A stretch of DNA of 64,000 nt, from the NCBI GenBank assembly GCA_964247055.1, contig OZ176056.1, positions 9,176,001 through 9,240,000 on the forward strand, written 5' to 3'. Below are positions 11,501 through 23,393 of the stretch, one piece after another. Both the position numbers and the translations under genes were made by a program. The DNA comes from Paragordius varius (lineage: Eukaryota; Animalia; Nematomorpha). The notes beneath the pieces are model-generated. The model searched no databases. It saw only the letters and a list, made by a program, of their open reading frames with translations, and was not told where the DNA came from. Numbering within the stretch: position 1 is the first letter of the stretch; every line of letters begins with the position of its first letter.

Positions 11501-14500
11501 CATTAATGAATGCCCCGACAATAGCTTGGCCCTTTTTTAGAATTATGTCCCAAGTTCAGGCCTACCCCGTGTGAAAAATGGGTTAAGTCAATTTTTTGGA
11601 GAACGTGTTGGACCATTCAATTTCAAATATGATTTTTGTTTACTTATTTTTGATCGCGCTGAACATAGTCTACTCACTTTATTGATATAGGCCCTCTTTT
11701 TACCCGCTCCCCCCGTAAAATGCCATTTTTTTAAAACAAAGTCCACAAAAATAATTTTTTAAATCTATTTTTCGCCCTAGGTATGAGACCGTAAATATTC
11801 AATATAGATTCCACGTACTCCCTGTTAAAAGGCCAAAATTTTAGTCAGGCGTTTCTTTGATGATAGCTGCTGGGTGAGGAGCTACCCGCTAAAAACTGAT
11901 TCCTCATGTAACTTTGTGATCTCTTTACGGAAAACCGGTGATCCTAATCAAATCCAAACTTCGCAAAAATATATTCATTAATGAATGCCCCGACAATAGC
12001 TTCGCCCTTTTTTAGAATTATGTCCCAAGTTTGGGCCTACCCCGTGTGAAAAATGGGTTAAGTCAATTTTTTGGAGAACGTGTTGGACCATTCAATTTCA
12101 AATATGATTTTTGTTTACTTATTTTTGATCGCGCTGAACACAGTCCACTCACTTTATTGATTTAGGCCCTCTTTTTACCCGCTCCCCCCGTAAAATGCCA
12201 TTTTTTTCAAAAAACAAACTCCACAAAAATAATTTTTTAAATCTATTTTTCGCCCTAGGTGTGAGACCGTAAAAATTCAATATAGATTCCACGTATTCCC
12301 TTAAAAGGCCAAAATTTTAGTCAGGCGTTTCTTTGATGATAGCTGCTGGGTGAGGAGCTACCCGCTAAAAACTGATTCCTCATGTAACTTTGTGATCTGT
12401 TTACGGAAAACCGGTGATCCCAATCAAATCTAAACTTCGAAAAAATATAATCATTAATGAATGCCCCGACAATAGCTTGGCCCTTTTTTAGAATTATGTC
12501 CCAAGTTCGGGCCTACCCCGTGTGAAAAATGGGTTAAGTCAATTTTTTGGAGAACGTGTTGGACCATTCAATTTCAAATATGATTTTTGTTTACTTATTT
12601 TTGATCGCGCTGAACATAGTCTACTCACTTTATTGATATAGGCCCTCTTTTTACCCGCTCCCCCCGTAAAATGCCATTTTTTTAAAACAAAGTCCACAAA
12701 AATAATTTTTTAAATCTATTTTTCGCCCTAGGTATGAGACCGTAAAAATTCAATATAGATTCCACGTACTCCCTGTTAAAAGGCCAAAATTTTAGTCAGG
12801 CGTTTCTTTGATGATAGCTGCTGGGTGAGGAGCTACCCGCTAAAAACTGATTCCTCATGTAACTTTGTGATCTCTTTACGGAAAACCGGTGATCCTAATC
12901 AAATCCAAACTTCGCAAAAATATAATCATTAATGAATGCCCCGACAATAGCTTCGCCCTTTTTTAGAATTATGTCCCAAGTTCGGGCCTACCCCGTGTGA
13001 AAAATGGGTTAAGTCAATTTTTTGGAGAACGTGTTGGACCATTCAATTTCAAATATGATTTTTGTTTACTTATTTTTGATCGCGCTGAACACAGTCCACT
13101 CACTTTATTGATTTAGGCCCTCTTTTTACCCGCTCCCCCCGTAAAATGCCATTTTTTTCAAAAAACAAACTCCACAAAAATAATTTTTTAAATCTATTTT
13201 TCGCCCTAGGTGTGAGACCGTAAAAATTCAATATAGATTCCACGTATTCCCTTAAAAGGCCAAAATTTTAGTCAGGCGTTTCTTTGATGATAGCTGCTGG
13301 GTGAGGAGCTACCCGCTAAAAACTGATTCCTCATGTAACTTTGTGATCTGTTTACGGAAAACCGGTGATCCTAATCAAATCCAAACTTCGCAAAAATATA
13401 ATCATTAATGAATGCCCCGACAATAGCTTCGCCCTTTTTTAGAATTATGTCCCAAGTTCGGGCCTACCCCGTGTGAAAAATGGGTTAAGTCAATTTTTTG
13501 GAGAACGTGTTGGACCATTCAATTTCAAATATGATTTTTGTTTACTTATTTTTGATCGCGCTGAACACAGTCCACTCACTTTATTGATTTAGGCCCTCTT
13601 TTTACCCGCTCCCCCCGTAAAATGCCATTTTTTTCAAAAAACAAACTCCACAAAAATAATTTTTTAAATCTATTTTTCGCCCTAGGTGTGAGACCGTAAA
13701 AATTCAATATAGATTCCACGTATTCCCTTAAAAGGCCAAAATTTTAGTCAGGCGTTTCTTTGATGATAGCTGCTGGGTGAGGAGCTACCCGCTAAAAACT
13801 GAATTCTCATGTAACTTTGTGATCTGTTTACGGAAAACCGGTGATCCCAATCAAATCTAAACTTCGAAAAAATATAATCATTAATGAATGCCCCGACAAT
13901 AGCTTCGCCCTTTTTTAGAATTAGGTTCGGGCCTACCCCGTGTGAAAAATGGGTTAAGTCAATTTTTTGGAGAACGTGTTGGACCATTCAATTTCAAATA
14001 TGATTTTTGTTTAGTTATTTTTGATCGCGCTGAACATAATCTACTCACTTTATTGATATAGGCCCTCTTTTTACCCGCTCCCCCCGTAAAATGCCATTTT
14101 TTTCAAAAAACAAAGTCCACAAAAATAATTTTTTAAATCTATTTTTCGCCCTAGGTATGAGACCGTAAAAATTCAATATAGATTCCACGTACTCCCTGTT
14201 AAAAGGCCAAAATTTTAGTCAGGCGTTTCTTTAATGATAGCTGCTGGGTAAGGAGCTACCCGCTAAAAACTGATTCCTCATGTAACTTTGTTATCTGTTT
14301 CCGGAAAACCGGTGATCCCAATCAAATCCAAACTTCGAAAAAATATAATCATTAATGAATGCCCCGACAATAGCTTCGCCCTTTTTTGGAATTAGGCCCC
14401 CAGTTCGGGCCTACCCCGTGTGAAAAATGGGTTAATTCAATTTTTTGGAGAACGTGTTGGACCATTCAATTTCAAATATGATTTTTGTATACTTATTTTT

Positions 14501-14815
14501 GATCGCGCTGAACATAGTCGACTCACTTTATTGATTTAGGCCCTCTTTTTACCCGCTCCCCCCGTAAAATGCCATTTTTTCAAAAAAAACAAAGTCCACA
14601 AAAATAATTTTTTAAATCTATTTTTCGCCCTAGGTAGGAGACCGTAAAAATTCCATATGGATTCCACGTATTCCCTGTTAAAAGGCAAAAATTTTAGTCA
14701 GGCGTTTCTTTGATGATAGCTGCTGGGTAAGGAACTACCCGCTAAAAACTGATTCCTCATGTAACTTTATGATCTGGCCCGGAAAACCGGTAGACCCATT
14801 CAAATCCAAACCTCG
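8560..14815. repeat. Tandem array of ~13 units of ~474 bp (466-479 bp)
   Basis: The anchor CTAGGT(A/G)TGAGACCGTAA occurs at 8945, 9411, 9888, 10354, 10831, 11304, 11777, 12255, 12728, 13206, 13682, 14151 and 14630 (variant). Confidence 0.95.
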
Positions 14816-14831
14816 AAACCCCCCGTCCCCA

Positions 14832-14882
14832 GAAGTCCGAAGGACTTCCTCGGGCTGCGTAGCAGCACGAGATTTAAGCTAG
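14832..14882 (+). mobile_element. Helitron-type 3' terminus: two GC-rich hairpins then CTAG|T
   Basis: GAAGTCC-GAA-GGACTTC (perfect 7-bp stem), then CTCG-G-GCTGC-GTA-GCAGC-A-CGAG, a 7-nt spacer, CTAG at 14879-14882 and a T. A hairpin plus CTRR followed by T is the established Helitron 3' signature. Confidence 0.75.
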
Positions 14883-15229
14883 TATATTATATAGTAGACT
14901 CAACTCTAATGGTGAAAATCAATATTTAAAAAATAGGAAACACGCAAGACTTTAAATTGCAAAAGCGTTTATTTTCAGGTAACTGCATCTTATCACCCAA
15001 AAATATTCATTTAAGCAACCAAACAACGTGAGATCTAAAAAAATGCTTTCGAACCGTTAAAATGAAAATATAATCGGTAAAACATTAAATTTTACTTGAC
15101 AAAAATGAACTATCATAAAAAAATAAAGTATTTTTATTTAATGTGTGTTGAATTTTTACAATATACACTATTTCATATTTATGTGTCAATGGACATGTTT
15201 TATTTTTCGGAGTTGAAATGTGAGTTGAC

Positions 15230-15413
15230 CTAAAAGTTAAAACAATTGTATGCAACTTTGTCGACTAATGCGTCGTATTTTTTCATATTTTGTTGGAGAA
15301 CTGATTCGGCCGTCTTTTCAAAATCTTTCAGCATTTGTTCCAATCGTTTGGTATCGTTAGAAAGAGTTTGTATTGTTTGTTGTTTGGATTGAATCACGTT
15401 TTCTAAAATTTTC
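15230..15413 (-). CDS. NUF2: Nuf2 homolog, exon 5 (terminal, coiled coil)
   Basis: Acceptor cttttcatcttttag|G (phase 2). Encodes KILENVIQSKQQTIQTLSND...YNCFNF*. A minus-strand AATAAA lies near 15135. Confidence 0.75.
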
Positions 15414-15468
15414 CTAAAAGATGAAAAGATGCAAAAAACTACATATATAAATTTTAACAAGTCATAAT

Positions 15469-15510
15469 ACTAGCAGAGCTTCGCGGTTCTACAAAGAAAC
15501 CGGAACCATG
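15469..15510 (-). mobile_element. Possible Helitron 3' end inside Nuf2 intron 4
   Basis: The minus strand reads GGTTCCGGTTTCTTTGTAGAACCGCGAAGCTCTG-CTAG-T, a GC-rich imperfect hairpin before CTAG|T. Confidence 0.35.
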
Positions 15511-16092
15511 GCAGTTCAAAGCCCTGCATAGAATTTATACATTTCTGTTGTAAATTTTAATATATTATTTACAAAGTAAAAAACTATAATTGTATATAGA
15601 TGAAAATTGATATAAAAGTAATCATTACACTGTCCTTTAAAAACTTTATTTAATTTTATGGTATTGACACTCACATCTGTTTACAAGATTATAAAGCTAG
15701 AACATAGGTTTATAAATTATTAAAAATTTATATATGAAACCACAATACCCCAAATGTTAAAAATTATATTTATTTCCCAAAATATAATTGGTGTTTTCAA
15801 AAATGTAAAAATTACCTATATTTTTGATATTTTTTTAATATAGATATTGTTTTTTATACGAAAATGATTTAGGCTAAAAAGAAATATTTTATAACGATAT
15901 TCATCTAAATTACACCAAAAACACATATTTAATTTTAAGGGTGAATAATGGTTAATATATCATTTCCACTTCAATACTTAAACATTACACCAATTTCCTA
16001 AACTTAATTATAGACAGTGTTTTAACTCTTAAATGACCATTTAAGATTTATTGTTTTCATCTCAAAGGAAATATAGACACAAATGGGATTAC

Positions 16093-16403
16093 TGTTCTTT
16101 CAAAAGATGAGGGATATTGAGAGCTAAAAAGTCTTTTTCCATTTCTCCTTCCATATTTCGGATGCTTTCTTTGAACTTTTCTTCGTCTTCCGTGAGGAAA
16201 GCCTTTCGTTTTTGTAATTCTGAAACACAAGTCTGAAGGTGAGTCAGAGCATTTCTACTTTTTGTCAAATCGAGTTTGGCCTTCTCTGTGTTTGCATGGA
16301 TTGCCTCCATCCTGGAAACATCCAAATCTTGCAAATCGGACAAAACTTGTTCGTACAAAACGACTTTTTCATTTTGAATTTTATTGGTTTGTATGGCCTC
16401 TGA
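16093..16403 (-). CDS. NUF2: Nuf2 homolog, exon 4 (coiled coil)
   Basis: Acceptor ctttgttag|TCA (phase 0), donor CA|gtaatc (phase 2). Encodes SEAIQTNKIQNEKVVLYEQVLSDLQ...LLKEQ, extending ORF 16089..16358. Confidence 0.75.
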
Positions 16404-17297
16404 CTAACAAAGCGTTTAAGCGTTTTTATAATTTTAAATAATTTATTGGACATTAATTATAAATAACATAGATGTTGCGACCGCACAATTTTTACTTGGG
16501 ACAAAACTAGAATTTTATTTGTCTCCTAATTCACCTTTTGGGGTAGTTTACATCCAAGAGCTCAAAATAACTAAAGTTTTAAAAGTTAATTTAGTTAAAA
16601 TATAATTATTAAACATAGTACTTATGTATAAGATAAAAAAGCTTATATTTTTACAATTTTGTCGTGATTTCTGGAGTTTAAATTTTGGACAGCTCCAAAA
16701 CACGATTGAAACGAACAGTTGATAATACATCCAAAATATATGAAATATTTGCTCGCAAACCGTGGCCTGAAAGCTTTTTAAAGTTAATTAATTACATTTC
16801 TAACCATAATACAATTGTTTGCCTGTTTTCGATTCGCGATTTAAAAGAATATTAGAAAAAATGGCGGCAAAAAAGTTTGAGCTGGGGATTATCTTACAAT
16901 TTACATTTTTAAAAGATGTATAAAGTTCATAAAGGGCTATAAAAAGCATAAACCTTAAATACTTTTTAGGATATTCAAATTTCAAAACGGTCTGGGATGT
17001 AAAACAACCCCAAAAGGTAAGGGAGTGTTAATATTTTGAGTCAAAACAATAGTCTTTCTTATTTAAAACTGTCGGAGCTATACTTATATAAAGTTAATTG
17101 CGAAAAATAACCTTTTGAGTTTTTAGGCTTTGACATTTCATCTCGAGATTGTGGACTTCGTCAACCAAAATATTGGGCTGTTCTACCATTTCATCCCTTA
17201 ATCTGCTCATTTTGGCATTTAGCTTTAAAGTAAAGAAGAAATAAGGCGTATATTAAAAAATTAAATGAGCACCGGATTTGTTATCTGATACAAGATA

Positions 17298-18091
17298 TAC
17301 CATTTGCACTTCAAGAGTGTCCTTGAACACTTTAAGTTGGTCCTTGAACATTTCAAGTTGGTCCTTGAACATTTCAAATTGGTCCTTGAACATTTCAAGT
17401 TGGTCCTTGAACATTTTAAGTTGGTCCTTGAACACTTCAAGTTGGTCCTTTGACTTTTTTGTTTTGTTTTTAATATTTATCAATCAAATCGAAAATAATG
17501 CATCTATTTTATTGTTTTCAACCTATTTTCTATTATTTACATAAATTTTTAATCGATATCAACTTTTAGTCTTTGAGAAACCGTATATCTTTATCAATTT
17601 TTTTAAAATAATTATATTTATTAGATTTTAACACGAAATGAAAAAATATATAAGTTTTCTGGGTTATTAATTAAAATTTTTCATTAAAAACATTTAAAAG
17701 TCAATAATTTTGATTAATTGAAAAAAAATAGTTTGAAACAAAAAAGTGGTTTTTAAATAAAAAATTTTATTTTTAAATGAATAAATATATAATAAATAAA
17801 GAAAATTAGGTTAATAAATAATTAAATAAAACAATAAATGCAAAAATTATGGTTTAATCAAAATTTATAAATTTTAAGGACCAACTTGAAATGTTCAAGG
17901 ACCAACTTGAACTGTTCAAGGACCAACTTGAACTGTTCAAGGACCAACTTGAATTGTTCAAGGACCAACTTGAACTGTTCAAGGACCAACTTGAATTGTT
18001 CAAGGACCAACTTGAATTGCTCAAGGACCAACTTGAACTGTTCAAGGACCAACTTGAAGTGCTCAAGGACACTCTTGAAGTGCGAATGGTA
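17298..18091. mobile_element. ~790-bp foldback element with TIRs built from 21-bp tandem repeats, TA-flanked, inside Nuf2 intron 3
   Basis: The left end TACCATTTGCACTTCAAGAGTGTCCTTGAA matches the reverse complement of the right end. About 6-7 copies of TTCAAGTTGGTCCTTGAACAT lie at ~17311-17450 and about 9 inverted copies at ~17877-18080. Confidence 0.8.
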
Positions 18092-18641
18092 TACTAACCT
18101 CTGTGTTATAGAGCCATGAGGTATATATATATTTAAACAATACAAAAAATACAGTAAAATTGATATTATAAATCCCAAACGTTAAAAAACATTATAAAAA
18201 AGAGATAATTTTTAAATCTTTATTTTTTTGTACCGATCGTTATGGGCGGCAAAATATGTCATATAATGTAAAGTCTATACATTCAACAATTGTAATTTTT
18301 GTTTTATATAAAAAATGTTTGAAAAACTATGTTGCGTTTTGTTGTAATAAAAATAAAAAAAAATTAAATTTATGCTAATTAAAAAGTTAAAATTAATTTC
18401 TTGTCAATAAAATTTGTTTTATTATAAGAATTTGAGGCTTATTAAAATAATAGACAGATTTTTATATTAAGCTTCTTCAAATTAACTTTGATTTAAGAGT
18501 TATTTTTTATATGAACGCCATTACTTAAATGATTATACTTGATGATATCCCTTTGTAATAAAAACACTTGAATGTTAAGTGATAACTATATATATACATT
18601 TAGCCCTTTCGCTGAGAATTTATAATGTAAAATATAATAAC

Positions 18642-18985
18642 TTCATTGATTTTTGTGTTTAGGGCACTTTCTTCGTGAGTGTCAATGAGATCGCTTTCGA
18701 TTTTTTCGACTTTGGAAGCGATGACAGAAATATCAGTTTTCAATTTTTCGTTTTTGCGTTTAAGGTCGTCGCAAATCAATTGAAGGTTAGGATTATGTTC
18801 AGATATTTTCTGTTTTAATTCTTCAATTTTAACGATTAAATTGTCTTTACACTGAATTTTGGCTTGCCAATCACTTATGAATTTTAGGGCTTCTTGTTCA
18901 TATTTAGTGAAAGACTCATTGTTAGATTTAATGTAATCCAAATATCCAAAAACAACATTTAAAAATTTTATCCACCGTTGTGGTT
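18642..18985 (-). CDS. NUF2: Nuf2 homolog, exon 3 (end of CH domain, start of coiled coil)
   Basis: Follows a 26-nt intron (18986-19011). Encodes (E)PQRWIKFLNVVFGYLDYIKSNNESF...NTKINE; donor GAA|gttatt. Confidence 0.85.
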
Positions 18986-19011
18986 CTAGATTACATAATT
19001 AAGTAAAATAC

Positions 19012-19225
19012 CAGGTACTGTTATATCTGTCACATAAAAATCATCGCAATTCAAGTCCGTTAAAGTGTTGTTAAAAAGAATTGCTGCCCCAAATAATTGA
19101 ATATCAAAACAAAGATTCGAATTGCTTGATAGAAGATGTTCTAAAAAACGTTGAATAGTGGTATCGAAATCGATATCGCAATAATCTAAAAAAGACTTTA
19201 TTAAAGTCAATCTGGCTTCCATATC
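19012..19225 (-). CDS. NUF2: Nuf2 homolog, exon 2 (calponin-homology domain)
   Basis: The spliced sequence DFYVTDITVPEPQRWIKFLNVVFGYLDY aligns without gaps to the Nuf2 motif DFxxxDIxxPxxxRxxxFLSxxINFxxF (human [28 protein letters not shown], recalled). Confidence 0.85.
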
Positions 19226-19247
19226 CTATATTATCACTTAAATTAAC

Positions 19248-19343
19248 TTCTGCATACGAAATTGACTGACAATTTAAGTTTTTATCCTGAAAATGTTCTG
19301 AAAACTTTTCATTGAAATGTTCTATTTGTTGTTTTGAAATCAT
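19248..19343 (-). CDS. NUF2: Nuf2 homolog, exon 1
   Basis: ATG at 19343 gives MISKQQIEHFNEKFSEHFQDKNLNCQSISYAE. A 22-nt intron (19226-19247) joins it in frame to DMEARL. The five exons sum to 1149 nt (382 aa plus stop). Confidence 0.7.
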
Positions 19344-19435
19344 GCTTTTTGGCGCTCGAATTTGAATAAGTGCTAAAACTAAACCGGCTGATGTGCATAA
19401 TCCACAAAATCTGGTGTTAAAAAACTCAGACAATA

Positions 19436-21140
19436 TACATAATGTCCAAAAAATATCATTTCGAAATATAAATATTCTGATAGGAAAATGTATAATGATT
19501 ACCATGGAGCTTTTGGTTTTGGCCCCGAGTGATATAATAATAATCTTATTTACACTTTTGTGGTGAGTGCTCCACATCAGAAAATGGCAAAATTTGGGCT
19601 TATTTTTTAAAATAAAATTATTTGTGAAAGTTAAAGGCTTCATTTGAAAAAATATCACTAAACTACAAAAAATGCTACAAAAAAAACAAAATAATATTTT
19701 TAAAAATTTAAATTTTTAGATGTTGGCTTTGATAGTCCCAAGTTTTTTCTCTCTTGTAAAATGGGCCAGTTTTCTTCACACTTAAATTCCACATCCATTT
19801 TAGTCTTTCAATTCAAATTAAGGTATTTTGATACCCCAGGCCTATTTAAAATAAAATTCTTTAAATATGGAAATTAAAACCATGGAAAAATTTTGCACTT
19901 ATATAACATATATAAACCGAAATATATAAAAAATTTTATTCAAAAATGCTTAATATTATTTGTTTTAAGCTAAACCCGAAAGGTAAAAATTTAGTCATCG
20001 CGACATTTGGTAATGGTATAATTGAAAAATAATAGAGAATAAACCGCTTTTTCTATTTAAAAAATTAGCTTTAATTTTACCCTTAAAACTAAATAAAGAC
20101 GATATTTTTTAAAAATTTTGTAAAATAAAAATGGCGTCGAATTAACATGGAACTATTTTTTCAAAACATAAATTTTTAGATACTTTGTCATATTTATAGA
20201 ATTTTTATTAGGATAGAAGCATAAATTTTAATTAACACCGTTTCCTTCAGTAGTTTTTTACAAATCCTAACTTTAATTTAGTTTGGAGTATTTAGATACC
20301 CCAATTTGAATCGAAGTGCTAAAATAAGCGCAAAAATGCAGAATGTCCGCGATAAATATATTAAATATATGCATTTTCAGCGAAAACAATATTCGAAAAA
20401 ATGCATACTTTTAATTAATTATTAGCAAAGTTTTGTTGGTACCTACATCGCACTTGTTTGACGCATGATGGAAACGGTATAAGACGCTTTTACACACATA
20501 TTATAAAAACCTTTGCCGTATAAATCGATAATGTTGAACATTTCTAATATCTCATAAATTTGAAGCATGCCTTCGTCTTCAAATTAATATTAAATAAATA
20601 GTGTTTCAATTCATAAAAATTTTGAGCCTATAAATTAAAATTCTAAGCGTTAAATGTTTTAAACATCATTAAATATATAGTAAAAATGTTTTTATAATAT
20701 CTAAAAGCGTTTTTATAGTTTCTATCAAGCTAAAAATAGTAAGAAGGTTGCTTCTACAAAATTATGCCAAAATCAAATTTTTCTAAAAATTATGCATTTT
20801 TAAAAAATATGGTGAAAATTCAGTATTATTTAATTTTTCTATCGTATCCAAGTATTTTGCGATTATTCTACGATACCAGCCCCTTCAAAAAAAGCGAAAT
20901 TTGGGACTTTGGAATTTACATCTGATAAATAAAATTTTTGAAATATTTTTTATTTTTAATATGTAATTTATATATTTTTTAATATTTTTTGATATAAAGC
21001 ATTTAGATTTCACCAGAAAAAATTTATTACAATGTGCCCTAATTTTGCATTTATATGAAGCCCTTACTACAAAAATTTAATTTGCCCCTTATATTACTAC
21101 ACAAAACCAAAATCACCATGATATTCTGATACATTGTCCT
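19436..21140. mobile_element. Longer, degraded copy of palindromic MITE family B, just upstream of the Nuf2 start
   Basis: The left end TATACATAATGTCCAAAAAATATC resembles the family TIR. Shares CATCAGAAAATGGCAAAATTTG (~19574) and AAAAATGCATACTTT (~20396), plus inverted counterparts at ~20700-21070. Confidence 0.6.
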
Positions 21141-22074
21141 TATAAAACGCCTTCACCCATATTTCTGTCTGAAATTGTAAATGTGAACGCTAATTACACT
21201 GTGCAACAAATTTTATCCTTTTCTTTTAGACCAGAGTGAAAATTACTACATCTTATAGAGAATTTTTTCAAATAATGATATATTTAATATTTTCCTAGCA
21301 CTTTTTCACGAGCCGCTAAAAGGTTTCAAAAATCCAAAAACCATCAAAAATGCCTGTTTTTGTAACCCTATAACTTTTTGAATTATATAGCTTATTATAT
21401 TTTTTTGGGGGGATATTACAAATTATATTTTAAAATTCATGTAACATTTTAAAATTTTTAAAAGTCTCTACTACTTTTTGATTTATTTGGAAAAAACGAA
21501 ACTTAGCTCCAAAAAAATAGCGTTTCAAAACAATGAAAAATTAAGAGACATACTGGCATCATTTGATTGACAGCTTTTCATTATACATTACTAAATTAAT
21601 AAAATTTAATAGGCTTTTTTATAAATATGAAAAATAGTATATATATTTAACACTTGGATACAACACACTCATTTTAGTCCTTCGATCACGAAGGGGTACA
21701 GACGTTTTAATGTCTAATATCTCCAAAATTGGTCTACCTAAAGGCCACACTCATTTAAAAGCAAAAGAAGACCCCACACCAAAGATAAAAGCTTAAAACT
21801 CTACATTTGACCAGACATAGACCTTTGACATTACTTTTTGGAGCAAGCATCAAACCCTGTTCAATATTACATTTGATCAAAACTGTGAATAATATGTTCT
21901 ATGAATACAACATCTTAAATATCCTTATTTTTTTAAATGAAAATTATTGACTAACAAATGTTTTTCAATATATTTGGTAAACAAAGTCCTGCCGTAGGTA
22001 TGACAGTAAATATCTAAATTACGTAAAGACCAAAAAAATACTATAAAAATAAAACAGAAGCCCAAAACGTGTCA

Positions 22075-22360
22075 TTGAGTCAATTTTCCGGAAAACTTGT
22101 TGGACTATTCGATTTCAAATATGATTCCCTTGTTTATTGCGCCTAACCTAGCCGGCTTACTTTTTTAATTTAAGCTCTCTTTTCACCCGTTTCCCCCGTA
22201 AAATGCCATTTTTTTGCAAAAATATGAATAATTTTTTGCCCATGGTATGAGACCGTTAAAATTCACTGAAGATTCGAGTTATTTTCTATTTAAAAGCAGA
22301 AAATTTCAGCCTTACATTTTTTAAATATTGGCTGCTGGAACAGATAGTCGCTAAAACTGC
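22075..22360 (+). repeat. Solitary diverged partial monomer of the 474-bp repeat
   Basis: Contains GTCAATTTTCCGGAAAAC...TTCAAATATGATT, CCCCCGTAAAATGCCATTTTTT, GGTATGAGACCGTTAAAATTCA and GCTGCTGG...CGCTAAAACT in the same order as the array unit. Confidence 0.85.
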
Positions 22361-22944
22361 ACCACTATAAAATTGCGTAGTTTTGGAGCTAATTTACAGA
22401 AAAGTCTTTAAATATCGTAACTGGGTAAAAATTAAGGTCGGGTTTATTTATTAGATGTTAATTTGGGGCCTTTATGCCCTAAAATCATATAGCGATTAAT
22501 TAGTGTTAATGATTTTTTCTAAAGCTGAGACGCCGTTCAAAATAGGCGTAGTTTTGGGGCTAATTTTAAATAAACTTAAGAAGCCATACCAGTTCAGTTA
22601 AACACATTTCTGGGGAATTTGTAATCATTCTTTCTTGTAAAAAAGACCACAAATGATTTACTTTATATATATCCTGATCCCAGCTGTGTGAACAGAATTT
22701 TAAAATAAAACTTCCATGATTTCGTAAAATATAAATCTCAAAATAAATCCAATGATAGTTGAATATTAACATTAATAAGGGACAGATAAAATATGGTCAT
22801 TCGAATCAATATTTCAGTCTATGCAATAACCAGTAAAAGAATAATTAAAGACATTCTTTTTATTAAATATGTTGATTTTTAATTTTTTATCGCCATTAAC
22901 TCTATTTATTGTAAATTATTAAGAATAATTATTATCTGTGAGAC

Positions 22945-22977
22945 TACACCACACCGAAGAGTGACAGGGCCAGCTAG
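22945..22977 (+). mobile_element. Possible degenerate Helitron 3' end
   Basis: GC-rich CACACCGAAGAGTGACAGGGCCAG followed by CTAG|T (22974-22978), ~600 bp downstream of the solitary monomer and in the same orientation as the terminus at 14882. Confidence 0.4.
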
Positions 22978-23393
22978 TATCTTGTATAAATATATTACAA
23001 CTCAAAAAACGTTATAATAGATTTTGATTTTGCCAATCTCTAAAACCAATATAAACGTGTTAATTTTATCAACAAAATTTCTAAGTATTTCGAAGAAACT
23101 ATTTTTTTTTCTTTTATATTTGTTGGGGTTAAGAAACTCGCACTCATAAATGGGATGGGAAACTACAAAAGTTAGTTGAATTAGATTAACGATTTATCTT
23201 TATAAAAAATGTTTTATAAAGGTCAATAATAAAAATATTTTAAACAGCCAACCTTTCTGAATCATCAAAATTTCCCCCCTGAAATCTAGCCAAAAACTCA
23301 ATATCAAAATAAGCAACAAAGTATTTTTTTCATCATATATCAACATAATATTAAATGCATTAATTTATTTTAATTGATAAGTGATAAAATTAC

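Noticed and set aside
8542-13987. Recurrent ORFs in the 474-bp array (MGSPVFRKQ..., MVKHVLQKID...)
   Set aside because: Frames are broken by indels in most units, so there is no conserved reading frame. Each unit was also checked for 5S rRNA, tRNA and snRNA motifs and none was recognised.
17311-18080. 21-bp arrays as CRISPR repeats or heat-shock elements
   Set aside because: There are no unique spacers and the context is eukaryotic. The GAA-nnn-TTC spacing is 3 nt, not the 2 nt of canonical HSEs.
17253-18178. Heptad ORFs (FKDQLEL)n, (EHFKLVL)n and (CSRTNLN)n as real coiled-coil exons
   Set aside because: They are products of a 21-bp repeat open in several frames on both strands, with no suitable splice acceptor. 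Nuf2 exons 3 and 4 join in frame without them.
19344-19658. N-terminal ~105 aa of ORF 19104..19658
   Set aside because: It overlaps the MITE family B terminus from 19436 upward. The C-terminal part is read-through of the 22-nt intron into the wrong frame.
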